NCBI GenBank assembly: GCA_051362555.1
Contig: CM120640.1
Location: forward strand, 1,674,001 to 1,738,000
From: Lingula anatina
Lineage: Eukaryota; Animalia; Brachiopoda
Direction of reading: 5' to 3'
DNA: 64,000 nucleotides
Positions within the stretch are counted from its first letter, which is position 1; each line of letters starts with the position of its first letter. Positions 1 through 11,501 of the stretch are shown piece by piece. Position numbers and translations under genes: made by a program. The notes under the pieces are model-generated. The model was given only the letters and a program-made list of their open reading frames with translations, made no database searches and was not told the DNA's origin.

Positions 1-54
1 GAGTGGTACAACAAAAATAAGAGTGCCTTACAGTTTTATTCTTTATAATAGAGA

Positions 55-245
55 GACAAATCCTACATGGAAATATATTTTTGAACTGAACTTTGCAAAT
101 TTTCTATCCCTTATATCTCGAAAACTGGCAGAGATACGCCCATAGTTACTATTGAACTTGTATAGGAGGTCATATTCTGGAAATCTCACTGAGACCTTGA
201 AGTTGATCTTTGATTTGCTTTTCACCATGATCTAAACTTCTCAAT
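55..245. repeat. Copy of a dispersed ~145-bp repeat unit (GACCTTGAA family)
   Basis: AACTGGCAGAGATACGCCCATAGTTACTATTGAACTTG...GACCTTGAA matches the tandem units at 22390-23060 and 38660-39190. Confidence 0.7.
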
Positions 246-1957
246 TTTTCAATGAATGCTATTATTTGTCAAGGGTAGAGTTACACACTATTTATAGAAC
301 TTTCTTAATTGTCGGAGTAAAATAAAGATTTTATTATTACAGGTGTTTAATCAGTTGAATTTTATTTAGATAAGACAGATTACTAATGTGCTATTTATAT
401 TTTTCAGTAAATGAAAAAAGAGACAGGAAGTGAGAGGTCTTCAACAACTTTAATAAAACTCTTAAGTCTTAACCTAACCACACCTTACCAGCTGACTGCC
501 CACATACCTTGTATAAACTATGGATTCTGCTATGGTCTGATAGCCAAGGTATGAAATACAGCCCGTAGTATAGAAATTGCATATATGTAAAGGTGGATGA
601 TTAAGAAAGTAGTTTTAATGAGGAAAGTTGCTTTGGAATATAAAACCTTTGAAACATTCAAATGTGAATTTGTGTGAAATAATTTTTAAAATTAGCTTTG
701 TTTCATTTTTCAGATAACAGCATTGCAAGGGCCACATACTGATCAAAAGGACATACAAGGAATGCATACTGTTTGCTGTTAAGAAGAGACAAGAGATGGA
801 CATTTTATGTATTTTTTTTTTGTGTGTCTGTTGTTTAATTTCAAATGGTTGAATGTCTCATGTGCCTAGATGTTACTGTACAATTATATATTTAGCTTGG
901 GGTATTTTATATGCTAAAATTATGTCTGCATATATTAGTGTGTTGCCATTGTCTGGTGGCAGCGTGGATTTTTTGCTTTTTTATTGCCAAAGATAAAGCC
1001 TGATTTAAATAAAGATGGAAAGTGACATCAGTGCAATTTAAATTCAACTGATTAAAAATTATTTAATACTAGCATCTCATCTGCTGAGAACATCAAGGTT
1101 ATTGTAATGTTACTGTAGAATTAAAATAGTATTTAGCTGCTGTAAAATTAAAATAGTATTTAGCTGAGGGGTACACTCCCATCTAGACAGATAAATTTTA
1201 ACTAGAAAAACTTGATTTAAGATACATCTGCTAGAAGCTACTTTTATGATATGATTTTTAAAAATTTTTAATTTAAATTAAATGTTGAAATTGGTACAAG
1301 CATTTAAGAAGTGGTTGCATGCCTGAAATGTGCAATAAATTCTTTTGTTTAATGGGCATAATGGTCTAAATGCCCATTTTGTTGCTAATAAATTACCACA
1401 TATATATATATACATGTGCATAGTTGTTTTTTCTTTCATTATAGATTTTCTTAAATAAAAATATACTTGCCATAATTGTTAAAAAGTTGACATAAGACAA
1501 AATAAGTTATAAGTAATTAATAAGTAATAATGATAAGTAATATCGGAGTTTTTTTTTCATTTTTCATTATTATTTTTTATACAAACATCGTATATGTTTC
1601 TTGTCTTCCATATGTATTCTCAAAACAAGAAGTACATTTTAACTATCAGTTGCTCTTGTCTTGATAAACAAATAACACTGACATCTGACGGCTAGTATCA
1701 CGATGCCAGTTTTCCGACTGGTAAAAAAGTTGCCAGGTTAGATTTTAATGAAACTTGATAGTCAATTTTCTCATGCGAAAAGCCACCTTCCATTGACGTG
1801 AATAAGTTGCACAGTTTCTGTGACATGAGATATCTAAAAATGTTAGTGTTGCTATGGCCAAAAAGTGACCAGTTGGCTGACTTCGTCGAGATCTACCTCA
1901 TTCATTGCTTCTTACTTCTGAATATCTTCCTACGCGCAGCCAGTGTATGACTGGTAA

Positions 1958-2088
1958 AAAAGTCGCAAACTCGAAAAGTCGAAAACTCTAAAAGTCGCAA
2001 ACTCGAAAAGTCGAAAACTCTAAAAGTCGCAAACTCGAAAAGTCGAAAACTCTAAAAGTCGCAAACTCTAAAAGTCGAAAAGTCGAAA
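1958..2088. repeat. 32-bp tandem repeat (AAAAGTCGCAAACTCGAAAAGTCGAAAACTCT), 3 full copies plus partial
   Basis: Directly visible. It abuts the 5' truncation point of the DIRS element. Confidence 0.9.
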
Positions 2089-2143
2089 TATCCAATAGGG
2101 GCCACCATACATTTGGCACTGGAGTACACTTAGAAACATTTGG

Positions 2144-2653
2144 TTGAGTGCCACTCACATTGCAGGTGTTGCTAATATTGAGGCAGATAAAGTTAGTAGG
2201 AAGTTTAATGACAGGACAGAATGGCAACTTCAGGCTGCGGTTTACCAACATATTGTTGAACATTTTGGCCAGCCTGTTATTGACATGTTTGCATCACGGA
2301 TTAATTATCAAATGATACCTTTTGTTTCTTGGCGACCTGACCCACAAGCCATTGCCATTAATGCATTCTCTCTGAATTGGAATCAGTTTGAACTAATATA
2401 CATGTTCCCTCCTTTTAGTCTGCTGGGGAGAGTCCTGAGGAAGCTGCAGGAAGACCATGTCCGAGCCATCGTGATAGTGCCACAGTGGCCAACACAGACC
2501 TGGTACCCTCGACTTCTGAGAATGCTGGCAGCACCACCTCTGCTTCTACCCAGGAAAAAGTTTTTGTTGAGACTTCCATCGGATCTCAGTTGCCCACATC
2601 CACTGTGGGCCAAAATCAGGATAATGGCCTGCTTATTATCGGGGAAAAGCTGA
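2144..2653 (+). CDS. DIRS pol C-terminal fragment: end of RNase H plus DNA adenine methyltransferase-like (MT) domain
   Basis: Motifs HIAGVANIEADKVSR, IDMFAS, YMFPPFS, IVIVPQWPTQTWYPRL are typical of DIRS1 RT/RH/MT ORF ends. RT itself is not in the window. Confidence 0.85.
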   Translation: MSATHIAGVANIEADKVSRKFNDRTEWQLQAAVYQHIVEHFGQPVIDMFASRINYQMIPFVSWRPDPQAIAINAFSLNWNQFELIYMFPPFSLLGRVLRKLQEDHVRAIVIVPQWPTQTWYPRLLRMLAAPPLLLPRKKFLLRLPSDLSCPHPLWAKIRIMACLLSGKS

Positions 2654-3849
2654 GAAAACAAGGAGTATCGACGCGCGTTCAGGAGATAATTTCAAAATCA
2701 TGGCGCACAGGCACTGCCAAACAGTACAATGTGTATCTCCAAAAATGGGTTAAATTTACCTCTCTCCACAACATTGATGCCTGTTGCCCCACTTCTACAC
2801 AGGTACTTAATTTTCTGGGCCCGGTTGCACCAACAGGGCGTAAATCTACTCGGCTACGACTGTCGTAAACCGCAACGCCTGGCGTCCGTGCGCCAGGTTT
2901 ACTCTCCCTGCTTACGCCCGTTGCACAAAGACAAAAACTGATCGTCGTAACTACGCCCGAGTAACGCTCCGTTGCGCCACTGGCCAACAATACGTGGATG
3001 GTATAATTGGGCAAATGAGGAGTTCTCAGCTGCAGTCATAATGGAATGATGACATAAATAAACACAAAAGGAGCATTTCAGTGACGGAGAAATTCATGAG
3101 CTACATTATTCCATTTTGATTTAGAAATAAGAACGTTAAAATACGTTAACTTTGCTGTTGCCTTGGATATATAGCAATAAAATCGTAAATATATTCCGAA
3201 TCAAAATATTATTATAGTATGCTGTTGTAAATGAGAAAAACACGTTGGAGGCAGTACTATTAATGGATTATTATTAATTATTATTTCTATTAATGGATTT
3301 GAACACTTTCACATTTGTTATTGGAACATTTGAGTCTGAAAATAATCAAAAAAAGCCAGCATTGCTTTCTTTTTATAATTTTACTACAATTTCATGACCT
3401 TTTTAAGCTATGGTTACACCGTGAGGTATCATTTAATTCAATCGAGCTTACATCTTGGAGATTGAGAAATACAAGAGACCTAATACATATTATATGAGCC
3501 TTAAAATGTTGATATTTTAAGCTTTCGTCTCTATGTTTATATATAGTAAAATATGAATGATATAAAATGTGAATAAAAATGACTATGGTTAGTTATGGTT
3601 TGTCAAAAATTGTGAAAAGAATTAAAGAAACTGTACTGCTGAGAGCCAAGTGTATAAAATTAGTTTTTTAAAAACCAAGCTATACAGACGGAAGTTTTGT
3701 GTAAGAAACAAACAAAAAACAACCCACATAATCTACGTTAACTACGATAATTGTCATCAAACTCTCTCTGTGCCAGCCTAGCCATAGTGGAAAACGAGCT
3801 ACGACCGACTTACTCCACCTAACTAGCAGGCGTAAATTTACGACTAAGT

Positions 3850-6800
3850 CAGGGTTCGCACAGGCTTGAAAAGTGCTTGGAATTTAGCTTGGTGCCTTGA
3901 ATTTGGTTGGTGGCCTTGAAAAGTACTTGAAACTGCCGTTTTCCTTGAAGAGTACTTGTATTTCATTATTTTTGTCCTTAAAAAGTGCTTGAATTTGTTC
4001 AATAAACTATTGGTCAATAATGATATTGCATGTCGATTAGTTCTTACTCCAAATATAGATAATAATTCGCTTAGTTATTCTCGCCGAAGTGAAAAGAAAT
4101 TAGCATGATCGATAAGAATGGGGATTCCCATACTTGGTGATTCCTCACGAAGCGATGACGTCATGGGGCCTCTATTTCGCATGTAGGAACCTCGTTTTAG
4201 AGTCGTGAGACCACGTGGACCGCGAGAGTTGTTGAATGGATAACATGTACCGATATTTCACGTGGATTTTAATAACGTTATATTTTATCATGGGAAAGTG
4301 CGTTTTTAAAAAAGAATGGACAAGAAAGTATCCTTGGGTCAAAGCTTTTAAAGGAGATATTCACAAAGCAAACTGCACCGTTTGTTTTAAGGCACTTGAC
4401 ATTTCAAGCATGGGAGAAAGTGCTCTGAAATCGCACGAAAGGGGGGAACGGCATAAGACGAATTCTAAATCAGCTGCACAAAGTCTGAGTGTGCAACCGG
4501 CTACCACTAGTCAGCCGACTAGTTCCAGTTTGTGCAATGAACTTATGATACCAGCTCCAGAAAGTCAACCACAGGCATCGGTAAGCATTGCAGCTCATTT
4601 CAATAACAACGAGGTGCTAAAAGCTGAGATTCTGTGGGCACTGAGAACCGTGACAACACATTGCTCGTATTCATCTAATGACGAAATCGGCAACCTGTTT
4701 AAGACAATGTTTCCGGACAGTGCCGTTGCCGCCAAATTCTCATGCAGCTCAAGGAAGACCTCATACTTGTGTGTCTTTGGCATTAGTGACTATTTTCTGC
4801 AATTGTTGAAGAAGGACATCCAGGGTTACTTTACCATTCTTTTTGATGAGAGCCTGAACAAAAAGAGCCAGAAAAAGCAAATGGACATTCATGTGAGGTA
4901 TTGGGATGGTAACCAAGTGACAACACGTTTCCTTGGGTCACAGTTTTTGGGTATGTATTTTAAGTGAAATTTAAAGGGACAGCAGTTTCTTTCTTTTTTT
5001 TTTTTTGAAATAAACTCCATGAAAAGTATTTACTATTTATAATTATATTACCATTTTAATGAGAAAATTTGGGTAACTTTGCAGTATCCCTCTCCCCTCC
5101 ACCCTGTAACTAATTTTTAATGCAAATCAAAATAAAATTATGTGGTGACTTTGGCCAATGTCTTTGCTGTTCAAATAAATTAGCTTGGAAATTTGCTAAC
5201 ATATTTTTTAAAATCTTTTTTTAAATAAACCTTTAAGTTCCTTGACCTGTGAGATTACAGCAAATCTGCCTTGGGTCTCATTTTATCTGGAAGGCTTAGT
5301 TTCATGTAAAATTAGTTAAGATTAAAATCAGTAAATGAATTGCTAAATTAATTTATCTGAGTAGCAGAAACATTGAATATCACAGAGTTATATGGTGGGG
5401 ATAAATACTGCAAAAGTGTCAAAATTGGAATTGAATGAAGAGAAACAAGAAATTAATTTTCAGATAAGTCCTAATTTGTTTTGAAATATTGACTTTTATA
5501 TTTTAGGCCATTCTACTGCTGAGGACATGATGACACATTTTAGCAAGGGAGTTTTAGAAAGTGGACTTGACATTAGGAATATGATCCAAGTAAGCATGGA
5601 TGGACCAAATGTTAACTGGAAATTCATTGACATTCTTAAAAGGACATTGTCCAATGATTACGATTCTTCAATAATAAACATTGGCTCCTGTGGCCTACAT
5701 ATAGTTCACAATAGTTTCAAGGCTGGTGGTGTCGCGTCGAAATGGAAAATTGATGATGTTTTCAAAAGTTTGTACTATTTGTTTCATGATTCTCCTGCAA
5801 GGAGGGATGACTACTCAAAAGTTACTGGGAGCAGTGTTTTTCCATTGAAATTTTGCAGCCACAGGTGGCTTGAGAATGTGCCCGTTTGTGACAGGGCATT
5901 TTCAGTGTGGCAAGACGTGGAAAAATATGTAAAGGCAGCTGAGAGCGGAAAGGTGACCAAACCTGTAAACACATCATTTAGTGTTGTGAAGGAAGCTGTT
6001 AATGACAAGTTCATCAAGGCCAAAATGCAGTTTTTCAAATGTGTATCAGCCCACCTTCAGCCTTTTCTGGCTTCTTACCAGACGGATAAACCTATGGTCC
6101 CTTTCTTGTCTGCTGACTTAGCAGGTTTAGTGAAGGCTCTGATGAGAAGGTTCATCAAAAAAGAAGTACTCACAGCATGCAGAAATGTGGATCAGCTTTC
6201 AAAGATAGATGTCAGTGATGATCAAAATCACCTCAGCTACAGCAAAGTAGACCTTGGTGTTTTAACAGAGAAAGCACTAAAAGAAGCACAACATGTAGCT
6301 GCACCCTTAAAGCCAAGTGACAGAAATGTGATGGACTTTAGAATGCAGTGCAAGGACTTCTTGGTTAAAACCACTCAGCACATGCTGACCAAATGTCCAA
6401 TTTCCTATTCTCTAGTGAGGAATCTTTCTGCCCTGAACCCCAAAGAAATGGTCCCCCATCCAGATGAATGTAGGGTCAAGATGAAGAAAGTTGTTACTTT
6501 GTTGATAAATGCAAACAGGCTAGATGAAAATGACTGTGATGTTGTGTTAAATCAGTATGATTCATTTCTAGACAATATTTCAGTATTTGGTTCAGATAAA
6601 TTTGCAAATTTCAATCAAAACACTGATAGACTTGACGAGTTTTTGAGTACATACATGAAGGTTGATCAGTACTGTAAGTTATTTGAAGTATGTAGGATGC
6701 TGCTTGTCTTGTCCCATGGCCAAGCCAATGTTGAGAGGGGTTTTTCTATTAACAAAAAAGTAGAGGTGGAAAACTTGAAGGAGGAAAGCATTGTTGCCCA

Positions 6801-7558
6801 GAGGATTATCTGTGACTATGTGAAATCTAAGGGCGGTGTATTGGAAGTGCCAATTACAAATGCTCTGCTTGTCTCTGCAGCTTCTTCAAGACGGAAATAT
6901 GAACAATATCTAGAAAGCGAGCGTGAAAAAAAGAGAACTGATGCTGAAAAGAGGAAAATGAAAGACAGATGTGAAGAAATAGAAGAACTAAAGCACAAAA
7001 AACAAAGAATACAATCAGACATTGATCTCTTAGCTGAAAAAGCTGACAAGTTAGCTGAAAAAGCAGAAACAACTGGTCAGATAAGTTTTGTTACGCAATC
7101 AAACTCTTTCCGAAGGACTATTAAAGAGAAAATGAAAGAGTTGGAACTGTTAAAAAATGAACTAGCTGATAAAGTTGAAAAACTCAAAAGTTAAACTTGG
7201 TGATGGTAATATTGAAAGATGTGAGGGCACATGAATAGTTGCAATAAAAAAGTTTGAAAACCTTGATTAAATTGTTGCTGTTTTTATTATCAACTAATTG
7301 TGAATACATGTAATTATTATGATAAAATGAAATTAAATCGATTTTGGTCCGATTAGTGTCAGAGGTTATGGGCATTGGAAGAAACTGCTGCGTATGAATT
7401 AAGTAATTAAAAAGGGTATTAGAAAGAAAGGGGAGAACACTAATAGATGGTGATAATTTTCGTTAACATTCAAAAGTCCTTGAAAAGTACTTGAATTATA
7501 GCTTCAAAAGTCATTGAAAGTCCTTGAATTTGCTTTTCGCTTTGCTGTATGAACCCTG
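3850..7558 (+). mobile_element. Autonomous hAT-superfamily transposon with 5-bp TSD (hAT5-like)
   Basis: Termini CAGGGTTC...GAACCCTG, TSD TAAGT at 3845-3849 and 7559-7563, subterminal CTTGAA repeats at both ends, and an internal spliced transposase. Confidence 0.85.
4290..7194 (+). CDS. hAT transposase, 2 exons join(4290..4950,5507..7194), ~782 aa, no stops
   Basis: BED-like Zn finger (CTVC...SHERGERH), DDE motifs FDES / SMDG / VERGFS, CxxH (CGLH) and RW motif. The GT-AG intron joins SQFL-G-HSTAEDMM in frame. Confidence 0.85.
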
Positions 7559-8837
7559 TAAGTTAAGACCGACGTAAACACTACTCCAGTTTGGTGCAAC
7601 TGGCTTTTCTCGGGCGTAGCATTTTGCGCCCGGTTTACGCCGGCGCAACTGCTACGCCTCACTTACGACCGGTTGGTGCAACCGGGCCCTGGCTGATATG
7701 TATGACCCCAATTTGGGCTATTCAGCACTGAATACTGCACGTTCAGCCCTTTCAGCAGTGACCACCTTGAAGGATGAACTTTTCACGGTCGGTGAACATC
7801 CTCTAATTCAAAGGTTCATTAAGGCAGTTTTCCAAACTAGGCCCAGCCTTCCTAAACTAGGCCCAGCCTTCCTAGACATACCACCACATGGAATGTTAAA
7901 ACAATTCTCGATTACCTTAAGAAGTTATCTCCAGCATCAAAACTCTCACTTAAAGAACTCACTTTAAAATTGGTAACTTTGTGTTTATTAGTGACTAGTG
8001 CTAGATGTCAGTCAATCCAATTAATGGATATAAAACATATGACTGTAGGGAAATCTTCATACAAATTTAATATTGATAAACTAGTGAAACAATCTAGACC
8101 TGGCCGGGCTCAGCCTGAACTTGTGCTGCCAGCCTTCCCAGCTGACAGGAGATTGTGTGTGGTTACATATATGAAGGGATATTTGAGTAAAACCAGAGAC
8201 ATTAGGTCTGATAGTAAATTATTCATTAGTTGGTGTAAAACCCACAAGGGAATTACAAGTAGTACTGTAGGACGTTGGACTAAAGTTATCTTAGAGAGAG
8301 CTGGAGTTGATTGTTCAGTTTTCACAGCTCATAGTACACGTGCAGCAGCAACTAGTGCTGCTCATACCTTGAATATACCAATTGATGTTATTTTAAAAGC
8401 TGCAGGCTGGAGTAATGATAGCACTTTTTGTAAATTTTATAAAAAACCAGTTGTAGATGAGACATGTTTTGGTAGAGCCATTTTACATACTGCTACAAAT
8501 TAAATAAGGAAGGGGTGTGTATGTACCATAGAGGCTGGATAACATTTGTAATGGATATCACTGATATAATAAGAGTATCACATAAGGGTAGCTGAACTAC
8601 ATGGTAACATTGTCATGTATAGTATAAATATGCTACAATTAGAGTTACATCTGAATTGCTTAACTTTGATGTTATATAGACCGCTACAGTTATATTTATA
8701 TTTTTACACTGACAGCAAGTAGACGTTTGAATAAATAATTTATTTCAACAACCTGCTTGTTACATTTACTGGGTTTGATTCTGGTCCATGTGGGTTTTAA
8801 AGTCTCGCGGGATCCATCATGCTGTATGATAAGGTAG

Positions 8838-9086
8838 AATTAAAAAATTAAACGAAACTTACCTTAGTAAGGTGAAGTTTGATTGGGATTCTACCTTATC
8901 ATATTAAGCATGATGAGATCAAGCGCCCACCCTTTACCCACCCTTGGTTATCCACCTTCATGTCCAAGAATGATGCTTCCAGTGCGCATGCGCAATCTCG
9001 CTTGATCTCATCATGCTTAATATGATAAGGTAGAATCCCAATCAAACTTCACCTTACTAAGGTAAGTCTCGTTTAATTTTTTAATT
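8838..9086. repeat. 88-bp inverted repeat forming the DIRS 3' terminal structure (ICR / right ITR)
   Basis: Arms 8838-8925 and 8999-9086 are reverse complements with one mismatch. They lie just downstream of the recombinase stop. Confidence 0.85.
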
Positions 9087-9624
9087 ATAAGACGCTTTCG
9101 TTTTGAGAGGATTTGTGTTGTTATTCTAATGCCTTTTAAATTAGTAGTTATGTTTAAATCAATTTAACCTGATGAACACATTCATTAATCACAACTAACA
9201 CATTGCTGACTGTAAGATGTGGATTGTATGTGACGAGAACAGAAGTTCGTTAGGAACCATATAGTCCGTTCCCCATTATTTTGTATAGATGGCATTCATC
9301 CCGTATAGTGCTGATGATACGACTAACCTTAACCTGTCTTAATCAAATGGGACCCCGGATATCCAGTTTTTATAACCACCATTCCTGTTACACCGGGTAT
9401 GTGTCGACTTGCAAAGTCACGATGATCGGTGTATGTGGCCGGTTTCATTAATATATTTGTTATGCAGATAACTTTATTTTTGAACTTTTAAACTCTCTCT
9501 CTATCTCTATCTCTCTCTTTGCAAGTGTGTGTGAGTGCGCGCATATGTGCACGCGCGCGCGTGTGTAAACAGTTAACATATAGTTATGGCAAAATATATG
9601 TGAATAAATAAAAAATAATTTTTC

Positions 9625-10428
9625 AAGAGGAAAAGAAGAAGCGAAAAATAGAGCTATGTTGGAACTTCAGTCCCACCGCCGAGAGGCCGCTACACAGGAA
9701 CCAAAATATGAAATGAAAACATAAAAAAAAGCTGTTCCCTCCAACAGGCTCCAACATAGCCCTAGTCCTTTATCGACAGACTTATTAACCAAATACTTCT
9801 CCTTTTATATCCAGGTTGTGCGCTACAGGTCTTTGTGGCAGTGTAAATAGGAAAAATGTTTGTATGACCCAGTAAAGGTGTTGTGAATCAAATTGACATT
9901 TGAACAGGTAACAATGGAACAAAAACTTCGTCAAACAGCAGATTGATTCTTTTAAAAGTATTTATCTAGACTTCCAGACTTCCAAGCTGCTTGAATAGCG
10001 GGAGCTATAGCCAAAACATCACCGCCATTTAAGCTCAGGCTTTCGTTGACAATATACGAGGACGTGACGGCATTTCAACAAACCGCTGAGGTCAGTAATG
10101 CATCATTGCATTCAGATCAGGATAGCTAAAACCACTGCTGAAACAGACACGTCTTGTGGTATGGTGGTAAGAATTGAAAGTAATGAACGGAACCGTTTAA
10201 GACTATTGTCTTTAAAATTATCCACAAATTTGATGCATTTCACAGAGAATGGTACACATGAGAACTATGGAAAGCCTCGTTGTTTTATCGGACTGGTTTA
10301 AACAACCCCACGGATTATACCTTAAAAAACACGGTTCTACGACGACCATCCAGGAATGAACAAGAACTTTGTGTGTATAGTTAACATAAAATTATGACAA
10401 AATATATGTGAATAAATAAAACGAAAGT

Positions 10429-10473
<45 letters not shown>

Positions 10474-11400
10474 GATTTAAAGAGGAAGAAGAAGTAAGAT
10501 TTGAATTGGAGCTATCTGTTGGGACATCAATGATTGAATTCAGTCCCACCGCAGAGGGGCCGCTACACAGGAACCAAAAAATGAAATGAAAACATTTAAA
10601 AAGCTTTTCCCTCCAACAGGCTCCTACATAACCATAGTCATTTCTCGACAGGACATTTAACAAAACACTACTTTTAGCGGTGCATTATATCCAGGTTGTG
10701 TGCCACAGGTCTTTGTGGCAGTGTGAATAGGGAAAAATGTTTGCACGACCCAGTTACATTGTTGTGAATCAAATTGTTATTTGAGCAGTTAACGCAAACA
10801 GAAAAATGGCGTCGCACAGCAGATTGGAAAGTGTGATTCTTTTTCAGAAAGTTATCGACATTGGTCTAGGTTTTCAAGCTGCCTGAATAACGAGAGCGAT
10901 AGCCAGAACATCGCCGCCATTTAATACCGTTCATTTTCTATTTAAAGGTCACGTCTTCGTCGACAAAATACGAGGGCGTGACGGCATTTCAACAAACTGC
11001 TGAGGTCAGTAATGCATCATTGCATTCAGATCAGGATAGCTAAAACCACTGCTGAAAAAGACACGTCTTGTGGTATGGTGGTAAGGATTGCAAGTAATGA
11101 ACGGAACCGTTTATGACTATTGTTTTTTAACTTATCCCATTATTTGATGCATTTAACGGAGAAATGTGACATGACAAGACAACTATGGAAAGCCTCGTGG
11201 GTTTTATCGGACTGGTTTAAACAACCCCACAGATTGTAAAAATTAAAAATCTTAGCAAACGGTCGCCGTTGTTGGTTAAAGCAACCCTCTCAGATTATAC
11301 CTTAAACTTTAACAAACGGTACTAGGTGTTGTGGGGAAAACACGATTTTACAACGATCATCCAGGAAGGAACAAGATTATTGTAAAAGTTGCACATTGTT
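9625..11400 (+). repeat. Tandem duplication of the putative promoter/5'UTR block of ROCO gene 1 (units ~9625-10430 and ~10475-11400, separated by (TA)n)
   Basis: Shared blocks TTCAGTCCCACCGC, CAGGTCTTTGTGGCAGTGT, CCGCCATTTAA and GCATTCAGATCAGGATAGCT...GTGGTAAG. A third copy lies before gene 2 at ~34280-35170. Confidence 0.85.
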
Positions 11401-11501
11401 TTATTCAATATTCAATCTAAAGATATTGTGAAAACTCACATCACATCAAGCATTTTTTTTTCACATTTGCCAGTTTCACAATTCCGTACTCATGTGCATG
11501 T

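Larger units (their letters stand above)
2818..7688. mobile_element. Non-autonomous PIF/Harbinger-type element (~1.16 kb without the nested hAT)
   Basis: TIRs GGCCCGGTTGCACCAAC (2818) and GTTGGTGCAACCGGGCC (ends 7688). 3-bp TSD CTG at 2815-2817 and 7689-7691; CWG TSDs are known for some animal Harbingers. No transposase of its own. Confidence 0.8.
2485..8503 (+). pseudogene. DIRS tyrosine recombinase, disrupted by the 2818-7688 insertion and a 20-bp tandem duplication (7834-7873)
   Basis: Removing the insertion and one TSD rejoins ...STQVLNFL|ADMYDPNLGYSALNTARSALS in frame. Removing one AAACTAGGCCCAGCCTTCCT copy restores RPSLPRHTTTWNV...LTLKLVTL into the 7970-8503 frame, which holds catalytic motifs SAR, AHSTR, AGW and KFY. 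Confidence 0.9.
2100..9086 (+). mobile_element. DIRS1-type tyrosine-recombinase retrotransposon, 5'-truncated in this window and interrupted by nested DNA transposons
   Basis: RNase H C-terminus (WLSATHIAGVANIEADKVSR), DIRS methyltransferase-like domain (IDMFASRIN...AFSLNW...YMFPPFSLL), an overlapping recombinase ORF, and an 88-bp inverted repeat at the 3' end. Confidence 0.9.

Noticed and set aside
408-800. Exon-like segments with AG/GT boundaries (408-548, 714 onward)
   Set aside because: No convincing open frame or homology; may be non-coding exons but unsupported.
1958-2088. CRISPR-like array
   Set aside because: Head-to-tail repeats without unique spacers in a eukaryotic context; no cas genes.
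2144-8503. Prophage or bacterial methylase plus integrase (horizontal transfer)
   Set aside because: The RH-MT-YR order and terminal inverted repeat are standard for DIRS1 retrotransposons.
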